In this document: piece by piece, positions 38,601 through 50,600 of the stretch
Layout of the letters: the number at the start of each line of letters is the position of its first letter
Numbering within the stretch: the stretch's first letter is position 1
Assembly (NCBI RefSeq): GCF_037042905.1
Contig: NC_087245.1
Location: 1,364,001-1,428,000, forward strand
Length of the DNA stretch: 64,000 nt
Reading direction: 5' to 3'
DNA from: Lytechinus pictus
Lineage: Eukaryota
The notes under the pieces: generated by a model
Database searches by the model: none
Told to the model about the DNA's origin: nothing
The model's input: the letters and a program-made list of their open reading frames with translations, nothing else
Position numbers and translations under genes: made by a program

Positions 38601-41600
38601 GGTTCGACCCCTTCTATCCTGGACTAAATTGGAATTCGCTCTATATGATTCGAGATTTTTTTTTTTTCAATTTGATTTTAAAACAATTCAAACTAAACTA
38701 AATCAAGTTCGATTTAATCTAATTTTAATAGAAAAGAGTCAGGTGTCAGCGAATATGACCATATGCAATGTCATTGTACTACCCTAACAGCCCGTCCCCA
38801 TGAATTTGAAACTGAAACTGACATATACCTAAGGAAGGAAGCCAAGCTCATAGAACATGTAGAAAGAGTGAAGTGTGCCCCATTATATTGGCCACTTGTA
38901 GCCCCATCTCGAAGACTCGTATACAAACTACATTCCAAATAGCTTTGAATGATATATCCATGGAAAGCGCAAATGGATTGGATCCGAATGAAACCATTCC
39001 TAAGATTGATTGAAATCCCTCTGGCTTCTTAAAACCTCATTTCAGATTCTGTTTTCAATCTCAAAGTACTATTTGAGAAAAGTTCAAACGTACATTCTGC
39101 GAGAGTGATATTTAAAGCTAGGGTTACACCAGAACCGAATCAGCTGCGAATTCATCTGAATACACGTATTCGGGTGGTTTCGAGAGTATTCTGTTTTCTC
39201 TCCGCGAATGCGAGAAAATTCGAAAGGGATTGGGGAACATTCGAATCCATTCACCGAAACCATCCGGATCAGGCCGTATTCGGGCAGAATCAGTCTGCAT
39301 TTCTTCGGGAGAATTTTGTTTTGGTATAACCCTAGCTTTAAAGAGTGTATTCACCCTTATTTTCCATATCTTGCAAGAAAAGGTACCAGTTGAATTGTGT
39401 GATGAATAAGACACAAAATGTGGCTGATTGTACGATGTGGTCGACGTACATGAATAATTCAAAGACCAATCTACTCATGGTAAACCCCCAACAATAATAC
39501 GTAGATTGAACTGTGTTGTACAATAGCAGAGAGAATATGGTGATGAATTTTTAAAATGTAAAGGCCCGGTCCCATTGCACTTACGGATGCCATGTAAAAC
39601 GTACAAAAAGAAATCTTGCCATCCGTTGGAGAACGCTATGCATCCGTTGTGTACTCATTGGGTAAGTGTTAAGGCCACCGCACACCTTACGACTGTTCGC
39701 GATCCGATTTTGGAACAAATCGCATTTTGCTCATTTTCTGAAAACGTGAATGGAACATGTCATTTTATTTGAGGTGAAAATTAATTGAAAGAATAATATA
39801 TCCATTTTGTAAGATTGTAAGCCTTTATTTTGGAGAAAAGGCCAAATTAGTTTCAAATCGTAGCCAATCGTACGACTGCTATGAAGTCATTACGACTAGA
39901 TATTAAACTTGCATTTATTCTAAGATAGTTACAGATTTGAAGATAGGTATTCGTACGATGATTTCGAACATTACACAATAAGATATTCCAAGTCTCAATA
40001 TTACGTTTTATTCCTAAATTGAGTCGCAGACAAATCGCAAGGTGTGCGGTCGCCTTTATATACGCTCTATCCATTGAGCATCCGTCCACTGTGATTTCAT
40101 CCGCGCAAAAAATATTTGAGCTGCACAAAACTAATCTAAATTCCATCCATTTTCATCCGCAAGGTTTCCGATGAACAACCGTTTAACATCCGGGCTACAT
40201 ACTACCCACGTCCATTCTTTTCCGTTATGTTTTCGCTAATTTTGCCCGTTTCTGAAGCGGATGAAAACGGATGGAGCCACCTCCGAAATTTTGCTGTGTC
40301 CTTTATGAATACGGTTTGTATCCGTCGGCCAGTGGGACCAGGCCTTTACCTTTCATGACAGTGCTATCATCAATGCCATTCTCTATCAAATCAATTACAA
40401 AAAATATATTCTTCTATTCATGCGTGTCATTCTTTTCTCTGCATCGGATGTTTTCAATCAGGAGATATATACTTTGTTCAGTTAGTACATCCAGACAGGG
40501 CCCTGGGAACGATTTTTTTTTTTACTGGGGTGCTGATGTAAATTTAAATAAGGGGGGGAGGTTTTCACTGCACAATAATCGAGGTCAAATTGGTCCCGAG
40601 GAATTTGAAAAGCAAAAAAAAAGTATCACTACAAAATGAAGGTCATTTTGGGTTACATTTTTCAAATTTTACACATCTTTCAAAATACCTGGCGGTGGTG
40701 CCTATGGAGAATAATACACGCAGCACCACCAAGGAAATTTTGGAGATGCTTTAACACCCCCCGCTTTCCAGGATCATGCATCCAGGTGAATGCAGGAGAC
40801 TTTAAACAAGAGTAAAAAAAAAATACTATAATCGACTTCACATGTACATCTATGGTTGACTCTATTGTCAAAAAAGCTAATGCTCGCTTGAAATTTCTAT
40901 ACCGGTACCAAAATTGCACGAATACGAAATCCAGACGCATTTTAAGCTTTTCATTAATACAGTGTTGATTATGCTAATGCAGCATGGTACTGCAGTCTTG
41001 GAAAGGTTGATCAAAAAAAGTTTATAATTATTCAAAATAAGATTGTTAGATTTATTACTTGCTTACACCCAAGAACACATGTTGGGAAGAATGAAATCGA
41101 AAAAGCTGGCCTTCTTCGCATAGACTTGAGGTCGCAACAACTTATACTTCACCATGTTCATAAAATTTTCTATTCAAACGAATATCATTACATATCAAAA
41201 AATTTTACACGGTCATCTAATATTCACGGGCATGAAACAAGAAATAGTCTGTTTAACCGTAGTAGGTCCATGGTTTAACTTTGTGGTACCTATGAGAAAA
41301 GGTCAAATTGGCAACACATTTTATATAAAGGTATACATTTTTGGAATTCCCTCCCTAATCATGTTAAATCGGTTAAGACTTTTACACAATTTAAAAGAGT
41401 ATTGAAACAACACTTAAAAAATGTCCCCACTCTGTAATGTTAAATATTCTTTCTAATTTCATGTGTATCGTGTAGTCTTATATATAACTATTTAGAGAGT
41501 CAAAAGGGGCCTAAGCTTTCGATCCTAGCAGAATCTTCGTCGGAGGCAAAATGACAAACATATAAAGTGGAACAACCATAATATAGACCACAGACATTCA

Positions 41601-44600
41601 ACAGCAACACTAGAAACAGGGAGACAAAAGGGGCATTAGTGAGAAGAGATGACCAATCAGGTTAATGAAGGGGATGAAAGAAAAGGAGAAGGCAGACACA
41701 AAGGGAAGTCCCTGGTGTAAGTAAGGCCAAAGAAAGACATCAAGCCAAAAGGGATTAGGATATGAGGCAGGCAACATCAAACAGGATCTGAAACAAAACA
41801 GTGATAGAGGGTATGAGGAAGAGATAAATAACGAGAATTAGTGAGAGGTGGTAACAAAGAAAGGCATAATAAACTGGTGCATAAGAGTGGGGGAAAAAGG
41901 GAAAGAATGGGGAACAACTGATAATGTGCAAATTACATAAGTATGTATGATAGAGCAAAAACAAACTAAGAGAAGAAAGTAAGTGTAAAAATAAATCTGT
42001 AAGTATAAGAGTCAAAACTGATCCCTGACGAGCCCCCTCTTTAGAACTTGAAGCCCTTTTTTTTGCTTGTCAATTTTTTTCTGGTACGGAATCCTTTATT
42101 TTTTTTGTGGTTGAAGACCTTTTTTTGGCTTGTCAATTTTTGGGCGGACGAATTTGCCCCCCCCCCCCCTTTGGAAAATCCTGGGTACGCCACTGGCACC
42201 AACCCATGCCTTTTAACAAGCCAGTTGCTTACAACAATGAATCAGCGAGCGTGTGTACATTGACACGGGGTTGGTAGAGCCCTCAAAGCCGAATCCCCTA
42301 ATATGAAAGTCAGTGAGATTTTACAGCAATGTATGTGACTGCCCCCCCCCCCGGGTATAAGTGCGAATCTGTCTTCGTATTTATACCGAAAATCAAAATC
42401 CAAGCTCCAAAATAATAAAAGCATACTCTTCTTCGGAAGATGGAAAACAAGATGCACTGGTTTTGCCGTAATTGTGAGTCATAAGCTATTTCTGCTGCTA
42501 AACAGGGCGGTAGCTAAGTCCAAAGCAGCCATGAAAAAAAGATATAGAGGTCCAAAGAGCTAGAACAGGTAGATGATTTCAATACCCTGCACTGGCAAAT
42601 AAACTAGAAACAAAATCACCAAAAAAAAAGGAATGAGGTACGTTGGGTCAGATTAAAGAGGGGAATTTTGATCTTATGCATTTGAATGACAGAATTTTAT
42701 GTGAAAATTTTGATGATCTGTTACATTTACTGTCATGCTTAAAACATGATGATTGCTCAGTAATAGGTGTATCAATAACTTGGTTTAAAGATGCTGATAT
42801 CCGACTATTTTCAGATACCTTGCTATTCTTTTGTTAATGTAGGGCAGGAATTAAAGAACGGGGATGGGACGTGCCTGTGTGTAAAAGATGAATTAGATTT
42901 TGAATTACGTGAGGATTTATCTGGTTCTAAAACAGGGTATGAAGTAGTCTTTGTTGAAATAACGATTCACTAGAAAAAAGGTTATTATTGGTTGTGTATA
43001 TAGGGCACCAAACTATGAGAGTATGCCTTTTATTGAGGATTTTGAACATCAGCTACAGGTTGTGAGTAGAGAGAACAAGGAGATCTATTTGATGGGTGAT
43101 TTTAACATAAATTTAATAAATTATGATAATGATCCATGTGTGAAAGGTTTTGTTGATTTTATGTACTCTTTTGGAATGTTCTCTCTTATCATGAAACCCA
43201 CTCGTATAACAAAAAATAGTGCAGCCCTGATTGACATTATTTTCACTTATTGCATTCAAAATGAGTTTTGCTCTGGTGTAATTGTGCTCAGATATTTGAG
43301 ATCATATGCCCATATTTTGTGTAAAAAGGATTTTGTAAGAAAAAAGGGAAAGATATACGAAACGGCTTATAAATGATGTAAGAACCTCAAGATTCAAACA
43401 TCACTTGGCTGAAATTGATTGGCAGGCTCTGCCCTCTCTCGAAGGCGTTAATGATTTCTACAAATATTTTTCTACAGAGGTTTCTCGACCTACACAAATA
43501 TTGCTTCCCACTAGTTGAGGTAGCAACACTGTAAGAAGCCCTGGGTAACTCATAGTTTACTGAAGTCAATAAATCGTAAACATAAGCTTTATAGTACCTA
43601 CATCAAGAGACCTACAGTTGAAAATAAAAATAATTATATTGATTATATAAGAATGTATTAATTAATGTTCTTCGCTCAGCCAAGAAAGATTATTTCAATG
43701 ATTTGTTCAACGGTGTTAAGAGTGATATCAGGAAGATTTGGGACTCCCATCAATGAATTGGTTGGACGTCCAAATAGGCAATCTATTCCACAAGAGATGG
43801 ATTTTAATGGTGTACTTTTATCATCAGCCAAGGATAAGGCTGAAAGCTTTAACAAATATTTTATTGGATTGCCCCAGAAATTATCTACAGAAATTACTTA
43901 AGTACCGCAATCTCATCATGATTATATGAAACGATGTAAAGATAAAGCTTCTCTGTTTTTAACTCCTGCTACAAAGGCTGAGATAACTAATATTGTATCG
44001 TCTTTAAAACCATCTAAATCGAGTGGTTCTGATGATATCTTACCTCGAATTACAAAGGAGAGTATTCAACTTTTTGCTGAACCTTTTTGTAAAATCATTA
44101 ATATGGCGTTATCTCAGGGGTCGTTCCAGATAAACTAAAGGTAGCTAAAGTTGTGCCGGTGTATAAAAAATCTGATAGAAAAAAAAGTCATAAAAAATAT
44201 TCGAAAAAGAATCTCTTGAAAAGAAACTGGAATGTTTAGAAGGTCGTTGCGTAAATGCAATAGTTGAAGAATTGATTAAAAAAATAGAAAAGAAAAGGAA
44301 AGAACTTGCAGACAGTTACGATCGGTCGCGTGCGACATGGTACGAAAGTGGAGGAATAGATACAAGGTATTTTAGTCAACTATTACAGTCTAACAAGAAG
44401 AAAAGTACTATAACAAAATTGGTTAAGGTTAACGAAGAAATAACTGAAAAAAAGAAAGAAGTTTTAAATGAAATTAAACCATTTTATACCCACCTTTATG
44501 CTAGGGAATACACGGAAGATATTTGGGATTTTTTTAATGTACCAACGTTAAAATCTGAAAATTCTGAAAGCTGTGAAGGAGATATGATAGAAGAGGAGTG

Positions 44601-47600
44601 CATTTCGGTACTGAAAGAAATGAAGCAAAATAGATCACCTGGAAATGATGGGTTTACAGTTGACATGGTTGAATTGTATTGTACATTTGGACTGAAATAA
44701 AGGATGTATCGATAGGGGCATTCAATGACGCCTTTGCTCTGGGGAACTTTCTGTATCACAAACACAAGCAATCATTTTCTTATTAGCTAAAGAAGGGAAA
44801 GACCCACATTACGTAAAGAATTCTAGACCCATTTCGTTATTAAATATAGATTATAAGATTATATCTAAAGTTTAAAAAACGAATTAAAGAGGTTTTGGAG
44901 AACGTTTTACAAACAGATCAAATAGGATTTATTAAAAACAGGAATATAGGAGAAGCAATCAGAATAATTGATGATATGCTGTTTCATACGTTATATAATA
45001 ATATCCCTGGGTTTATGATGGTAATTGATTTAGAAAAAACCTTTGATTCGATATCCCACAGATTTTTACATCAAACATTAGTTTCATTCGGTTTTTTTAA
45101 TTTATATATGTGGCATCTCTCACATCAATGATGAACTTGATCAGTTGGCTTTTACTTTTTTGTGGGGTGGGAGAAATAAGATGAACAAAAGTACGATGTA
45201 GTTAGATTACCACCAAAGCGACTTGAGAATGATGAATTTTCAATGGTTAATAAAGGCACATGCAGAGAGTTATGTGTAGTAAAAGACTAAAAGAAAATAA
45301 TGCAATGAAATGGAAACAATATTTCAATTATGCCACAAAACACATGGGAGGAAATTGTATATTTTCTTGCGATAATTTGCTTGGATTGTTGGAGATAGCA
45401 TTGCCTCAATGAATATAGACTTGTTAGAAGTATGGATAGATACGAAGGACTTTTGATTTAAATCTGAAACATTTAAAGGAAATTATATATTTTTACAATA
45501 AATTTGAAACTAATGACAAGGTTGAACAACTCCAGGATCTGCTCAACACTCAATATAGACGACACTTTCAGTTGGTAACCTTCAAGCAACGGCCGAACGA
45601 CAAGCCATGGATGAATAGCCGAATTCGCAGTCTCATCGTTAAGCGAGATAGAGCTTTCAAACAGAAAGCCGATTCCTACAAGTCTCTACGAAACGAAGTT
45701 CAAAGAGCCATAAGATCATCTAAAGCAAATTTCTACAAAACTAAGGTTGCTAATTTGATGGACTCCGAACCAGGGAAATGGCATCAGCAGATTCGCACCC
45801 TGAGTGGACTCCGCAAACAAGAAGCACCCCTCTTTGCTGGTGATATATCTCCACTAGATTTGGCCAATGACTTGAACTCATTCTTTTCTGGAATCTGCTC
45901 AAGGCTTCCTCCTTTGGACACTTCTAAACTGAGTGCTTACTTACCAGCACCAGTTTCACCACCGGTGATCCAACGTTATGAAGTGTATAAACGCCTGAGG
46001 CAGCTGAATACATCTAAAGCCGGGCATCCAGCTGATTGTCCAACACGTCTCCTGAAGGAATTTGCTTTTGAGATATCTGAGCCATTAACTGAAATCTTCA
46101 ATGAGTGTCTTGACAAAGGTTACTTTCCGACGCTATGGAAGAGAGCATCGGTGTGCCCAATACCTAAGGGTCCTCGGGTCACCGACGTTGACCAACTTAG
46201 ACCGATTTCAATAACACCTATCATTGCCCGACTGTTTGAAGGATTCCTCGCAGGATGGATCATGGATGACATTTATCATACTGTCGATCACAAACAGTTT
46301 GGCAATATGAAGGGAAGTTCTCTGAATCACTACCTAATCAGCATGCTTGATACCATAGTCAAGGGCCTTGATCAGCAAGGACGTATCGCCAATTTGTGTG
46401 CTATTGACTTTCGCAAGGCTTTTGACCATATCAACCATACAATTTTGATCGAAAAACTGATTAGGATTGGTGTTGATCGATCTATCATTCCAACGATATG
46501 TGACTTTTTGTCCTGCCGTTCACAGGCTGTTCGATACAGAGGGACAACTTCTGCTCAACTTAACATCACCTGTGGTGTTCCACAGGGCACGAAACTGGGC
46601 CCGATCCTATTTCTCGTCATGGTGAATGATGTTGCCTGCTCCACGGAGAATCGATGGAAATACGTTGATGATCTTAGCCTTGTTGAGGTTGTCAGAAAAG
46701 ATCAATGTTCTGGCCTACAGCATGATGTTGACTCACTGGTTGATTGGTGCAACGATAATGACATGAAGCTGAATGCTGCAAAGTGTAAAGCAATGCAAAT
46801 CAGCTTTCTCCGTACGAATCCGCCTCCTCTACAGCTTAGGATTGATGATACGGACTTGGAAATCATGACATCTATTAAATTACTTGGTGTCATCATACAA
46901 AACGACCTGAGATGGGAACTGCATGTTCGTCAAATCATCAGCAATGCTTCTCGTAGGCTGTTCATTCTTAATAAGCTGAAGAGAAATGGCGTGATGTGTC
47001 CGGAACTTGTCACGATCTACAAGATGTACATCAGGCCATTGATTGAGTTTGCCGTGCCTGTTTGGGCATCTAGCATTACCTGCCAACAATCCGCTAGCAT
47101 TGAGCGGGTTCAGAAGAGGGCTCTGCGAATCATTGCCTGGCCAAATGTCTTGCCATACATTGAACTTCTACAAAGTATGAATGTGTCATCTCTTAAAGAC
47201 AGACGGAGTGAACTTGTTGAAGGATTTGCACGCTCGTTGCTAAAATCGAAACGACATCGCCACTTCTTGCCTGAAACCCGTAGGGTTAGAACTGGTCTTT
47301 CCCTAAGAAATGCACATCATCTTGAGATTCCTCGGACTAGAACAAAAAGATACCAACAGTCGCCAATCCCCCACTTTGTGCAATTGTTGAACTCTGTAAT
47401 ATAATGTAATTTTATATACATTTTTATTGTTTTTAGTAACTGTAACACTTTTTGTACTCCCCTTTATTGTTTATCTTTAATCTTATTGATTTTATGTTAG
47501 GTTTGTCACCTTTTTATTCCAATGTTCTTTTTTTACTTACTTGAGTTCCACCTACATGTAATATAACTATTCTATCAGTAATTTTGCCCAACTTTAATAA

Positions 47601-50600
47601 TTTTTTGGTTCGTTTATCTTTTTTTTTACTATAAAGCATACAGTACCGGTCACGTTTCTTTGGCTACCTGTTTGCCTGTTTCGGCCGGGGAACAAAGGAT
47701 TCAGTGCACTGAATTTGTTCTCTGGTTTAGGCAGGCGAACGGGTGGTCAAGGGATTGTGACTGGTGGTGTACTATCTACAGTATATCACATGGTTAATTT
47801 CAGACTTCATACCAATCTATTGTAACATCGTATTTATTTCTCTTTAGTTTTATGACTGTCATACATGTATTCTCAAACTAATTTGAAATTGCAATTAATC
47901 ACAAATTACATTGATCTGGTTTATATTTTTTTGGTCTTATAATTATATTATTCAATTTGTCTTGCTATTTACACATTTTTTTATATACATATTTTCTTCT
48001 TTTGAATATGATGATATTTTAAAAGTGTAAATGTTAATTTATATATGTTTTTAATACTCGCAACTTTGCTGATTTAATTTTGACGATCATAGTTTTACAA
48101 TGTATTAATTTCAATCAATTTTAATCTTTTTTTGAGATTGTGAAAAATTATTTTTTCTGGCTTTATTTGTTGATTATTTGTCTAGCACTAGAATTGTGAT
48201 ATATTGTAATCTTTTAATAATATACATGTACATTTTTACTTTGTAAATATGATAATATGAGTCTTCGGACTTTTGTCATGTACCATTTTCACAATAAAAC
48301 CAGAATTGAATTGAATTGAATTGAATTGAACGAATTGAAGGGAAATGCATATTTGACCAAAAATTATATGAAAAAATATTTACAGATTGAAACATATTTT
48401 GGATTATGATGGAAACTTAAGATTATTTTCATACTTCCAAAGACAGGGATTAAACATAAATGATTTTCATTTGATAGAGACAATTTATAAAACTATTCCA
48501 GTCAGCTGGAAACGAAATATGAAAATAGATAACAAAGAGGCTTCTCTAAGGGAAGAAATATCGTTTATATCTGGAAAAATAATTTTATCAATAGATGAGT
48601 TAGTATCTAAAAATGTTTATGAAAATTTTATGAAATGTAACTTCGCAATACCTGATGTTTTCGAAAGGTTTAAAAACAAATATAGTTTCACTTATGAAAA
48701 GATTGAACACATTTTTATGACACCAAGACAATGTACACTGAACAGCAGATTAAGAGAGTTTCAATTTGATATGTTGCACGCATTGATTATGATAATCACC
48801 ATTTGTTCCGTTTTAAAATCTCTCAAAATAATCTTTGTTGTTATTGTAAAAAAAAAGAAGAGGAAACTTATCGCCATCTATTTAGGGAATGTGAATATGC
48901 TTGTTTGGTGTTTGGTTTGGAATAATATTGTAAGGAGATGTTTGGTTATATATCTATGGGTAATTTAAGCTGGGAGAAAATTCTTGTAGGTGTAGAATTA
49001 AGGATGAAGGAAAGGAACGTTTAGTCAATCATTTTGTAATCTTTGTAAAAATTTTAATTTTCAAAGGGAGGGAAAAGGCCGCACTCATAACCATTGATGA
49101 TATTAAAAGGAAATTCAAAGAAGAGGAATGTGAAGAAAAAAAGGCTGGTGTTAGGTAAAGGCAAGATGTCTCTACATTTAAGGAAATGTGAAAATCTAAA
49201 TTAAAGGAATATATAGGGAGAGAGAGGCAGAGGTATATATACAGCGAGATACAAAACCACACAAAAAAACACAATTAAACAAAAACACTTGTTTCTCTTT
49301 TTTTTGCAGAAAAAACATGAATATAATACGGGGAATTGGAGTCCCTTCCATGTAGAGTAGACATAAAGGGGAGGGTGCTGTGTACCTGGGGAGGGGGGGG
49401 GGTGGGAGGTAGAACATTTCTTTTTTATCATTTTTTTTCTCTATTGACATTTAGTACATCTTGTTAATATTTCATTTTGGAATTGTTGAAACGCATCAGT
49501 ATTAATTTCCGGTTTCTTTGAAGTTTGATGTATAATATATTTTGGGATATGGATTTATTGTATAATTTCTTAGTATAATTCATAATCGTGTTTCAAATAA
49601 TTTGTACAACTTGTTCATGAAATATAATGTCTATTTGATTTAAGAGAATACAATAAAAACATCCTTAAAAAAATATAGGTCGATAGCATTGTTACCAAAC
49701 TTTTCAAAGATTCTTGAGAGAATGATTTATGAACGTTTAAATTAGTTTTTATCTTTTAAGGACCAGTAAAAATAATATCGAAGGAATGATCGGAAGCACT
49801 ACAGATTCACTAATTTCTTCCGTACAATCAGGCGCGGTTTTAGGGGGGTGGCTTTGGGGACTGAAGCCCCCTAAAAATCGCTCATGTCCCCCCCCCAAAA
49901 AAAAAAAACTGTATATATAGGTCCTATATATGTCGTCAAGTGCCCTAAAATCAAAGTTTTTAGTATTCAAATTTTCACATTTTCTCGCTCGGTCGCTAAA
50001 CGCTCCCTCGCAAAATATAATCTAAGTGAAGAATACGTTAATTCTCTCTTAAAGTGTGAGTATAGGAAATCAATAATCTATTGCAATAGGCTATAGTAGA
50101 CTGCCTTGCAGCTTTTCCCCCCAAATTAATCTCCCTTTGTATATACTTCACCCACCACGAAATGCCATAAAATTGAAGTTTAAATTCTAAACCTGTCGTA
50201 TTTTGTCAAAAGCGCTCCGGCGAAATTTTGTAATGTCATTCTTTATTCTTTTGGATATTTTTCTTTAGAAAATATCTCTGTCGCTATATACTCCCTTTTG
50301 ACGCTAAACTTATTGAAAACATAAAGTTTAGAGTCAGTAGTGCTGATCCATGTTTTGGATGGCGAGAGGGGGTAAAGACAATGTCCAAATATTTCGGCGC
50401 GCCAAGTTATAATGCAGAATTTTGCACGTGAAACTCATCGAAAAGTTTACAATTTTATATGTTTGACGGTATTTTCATGTCAAGTCTGATGGTTTTATAG
50501 CGGTTTAAGACGTTTGTCAAACACAATTTTGCAATGGATTCTTAAATTTTTCAATCTGTCAAAATTATTGGGCAGGGCACACCGATATGTTTGCCGCATC

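Larger units (their letters stand above)
45505..48330 (+). mobile_element. Young 5'-truncated CR1-group LINE with (GAATT)n tail (inner element)
   Basis: Uninterrupted RT ORF, about 900-nt 3' UTR, AATAAA then GAATT repeats at 48303-48330. Confidence 0.9.
44190..49673 (+). mobile_element. Decayed, 5'-truncated L1/Tx1-type LINE (middle element), split by the 45505-48330 insertion
   Basis: RSRATWYE, RSPGNDGFTV, RPISLLNIDYKI, DQIGFIKNRNIGEAIR, DLEKTFDSI; after 48331 LREFQF; AATAAA and A-run at 49652-49673. Confidence 0.85.
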
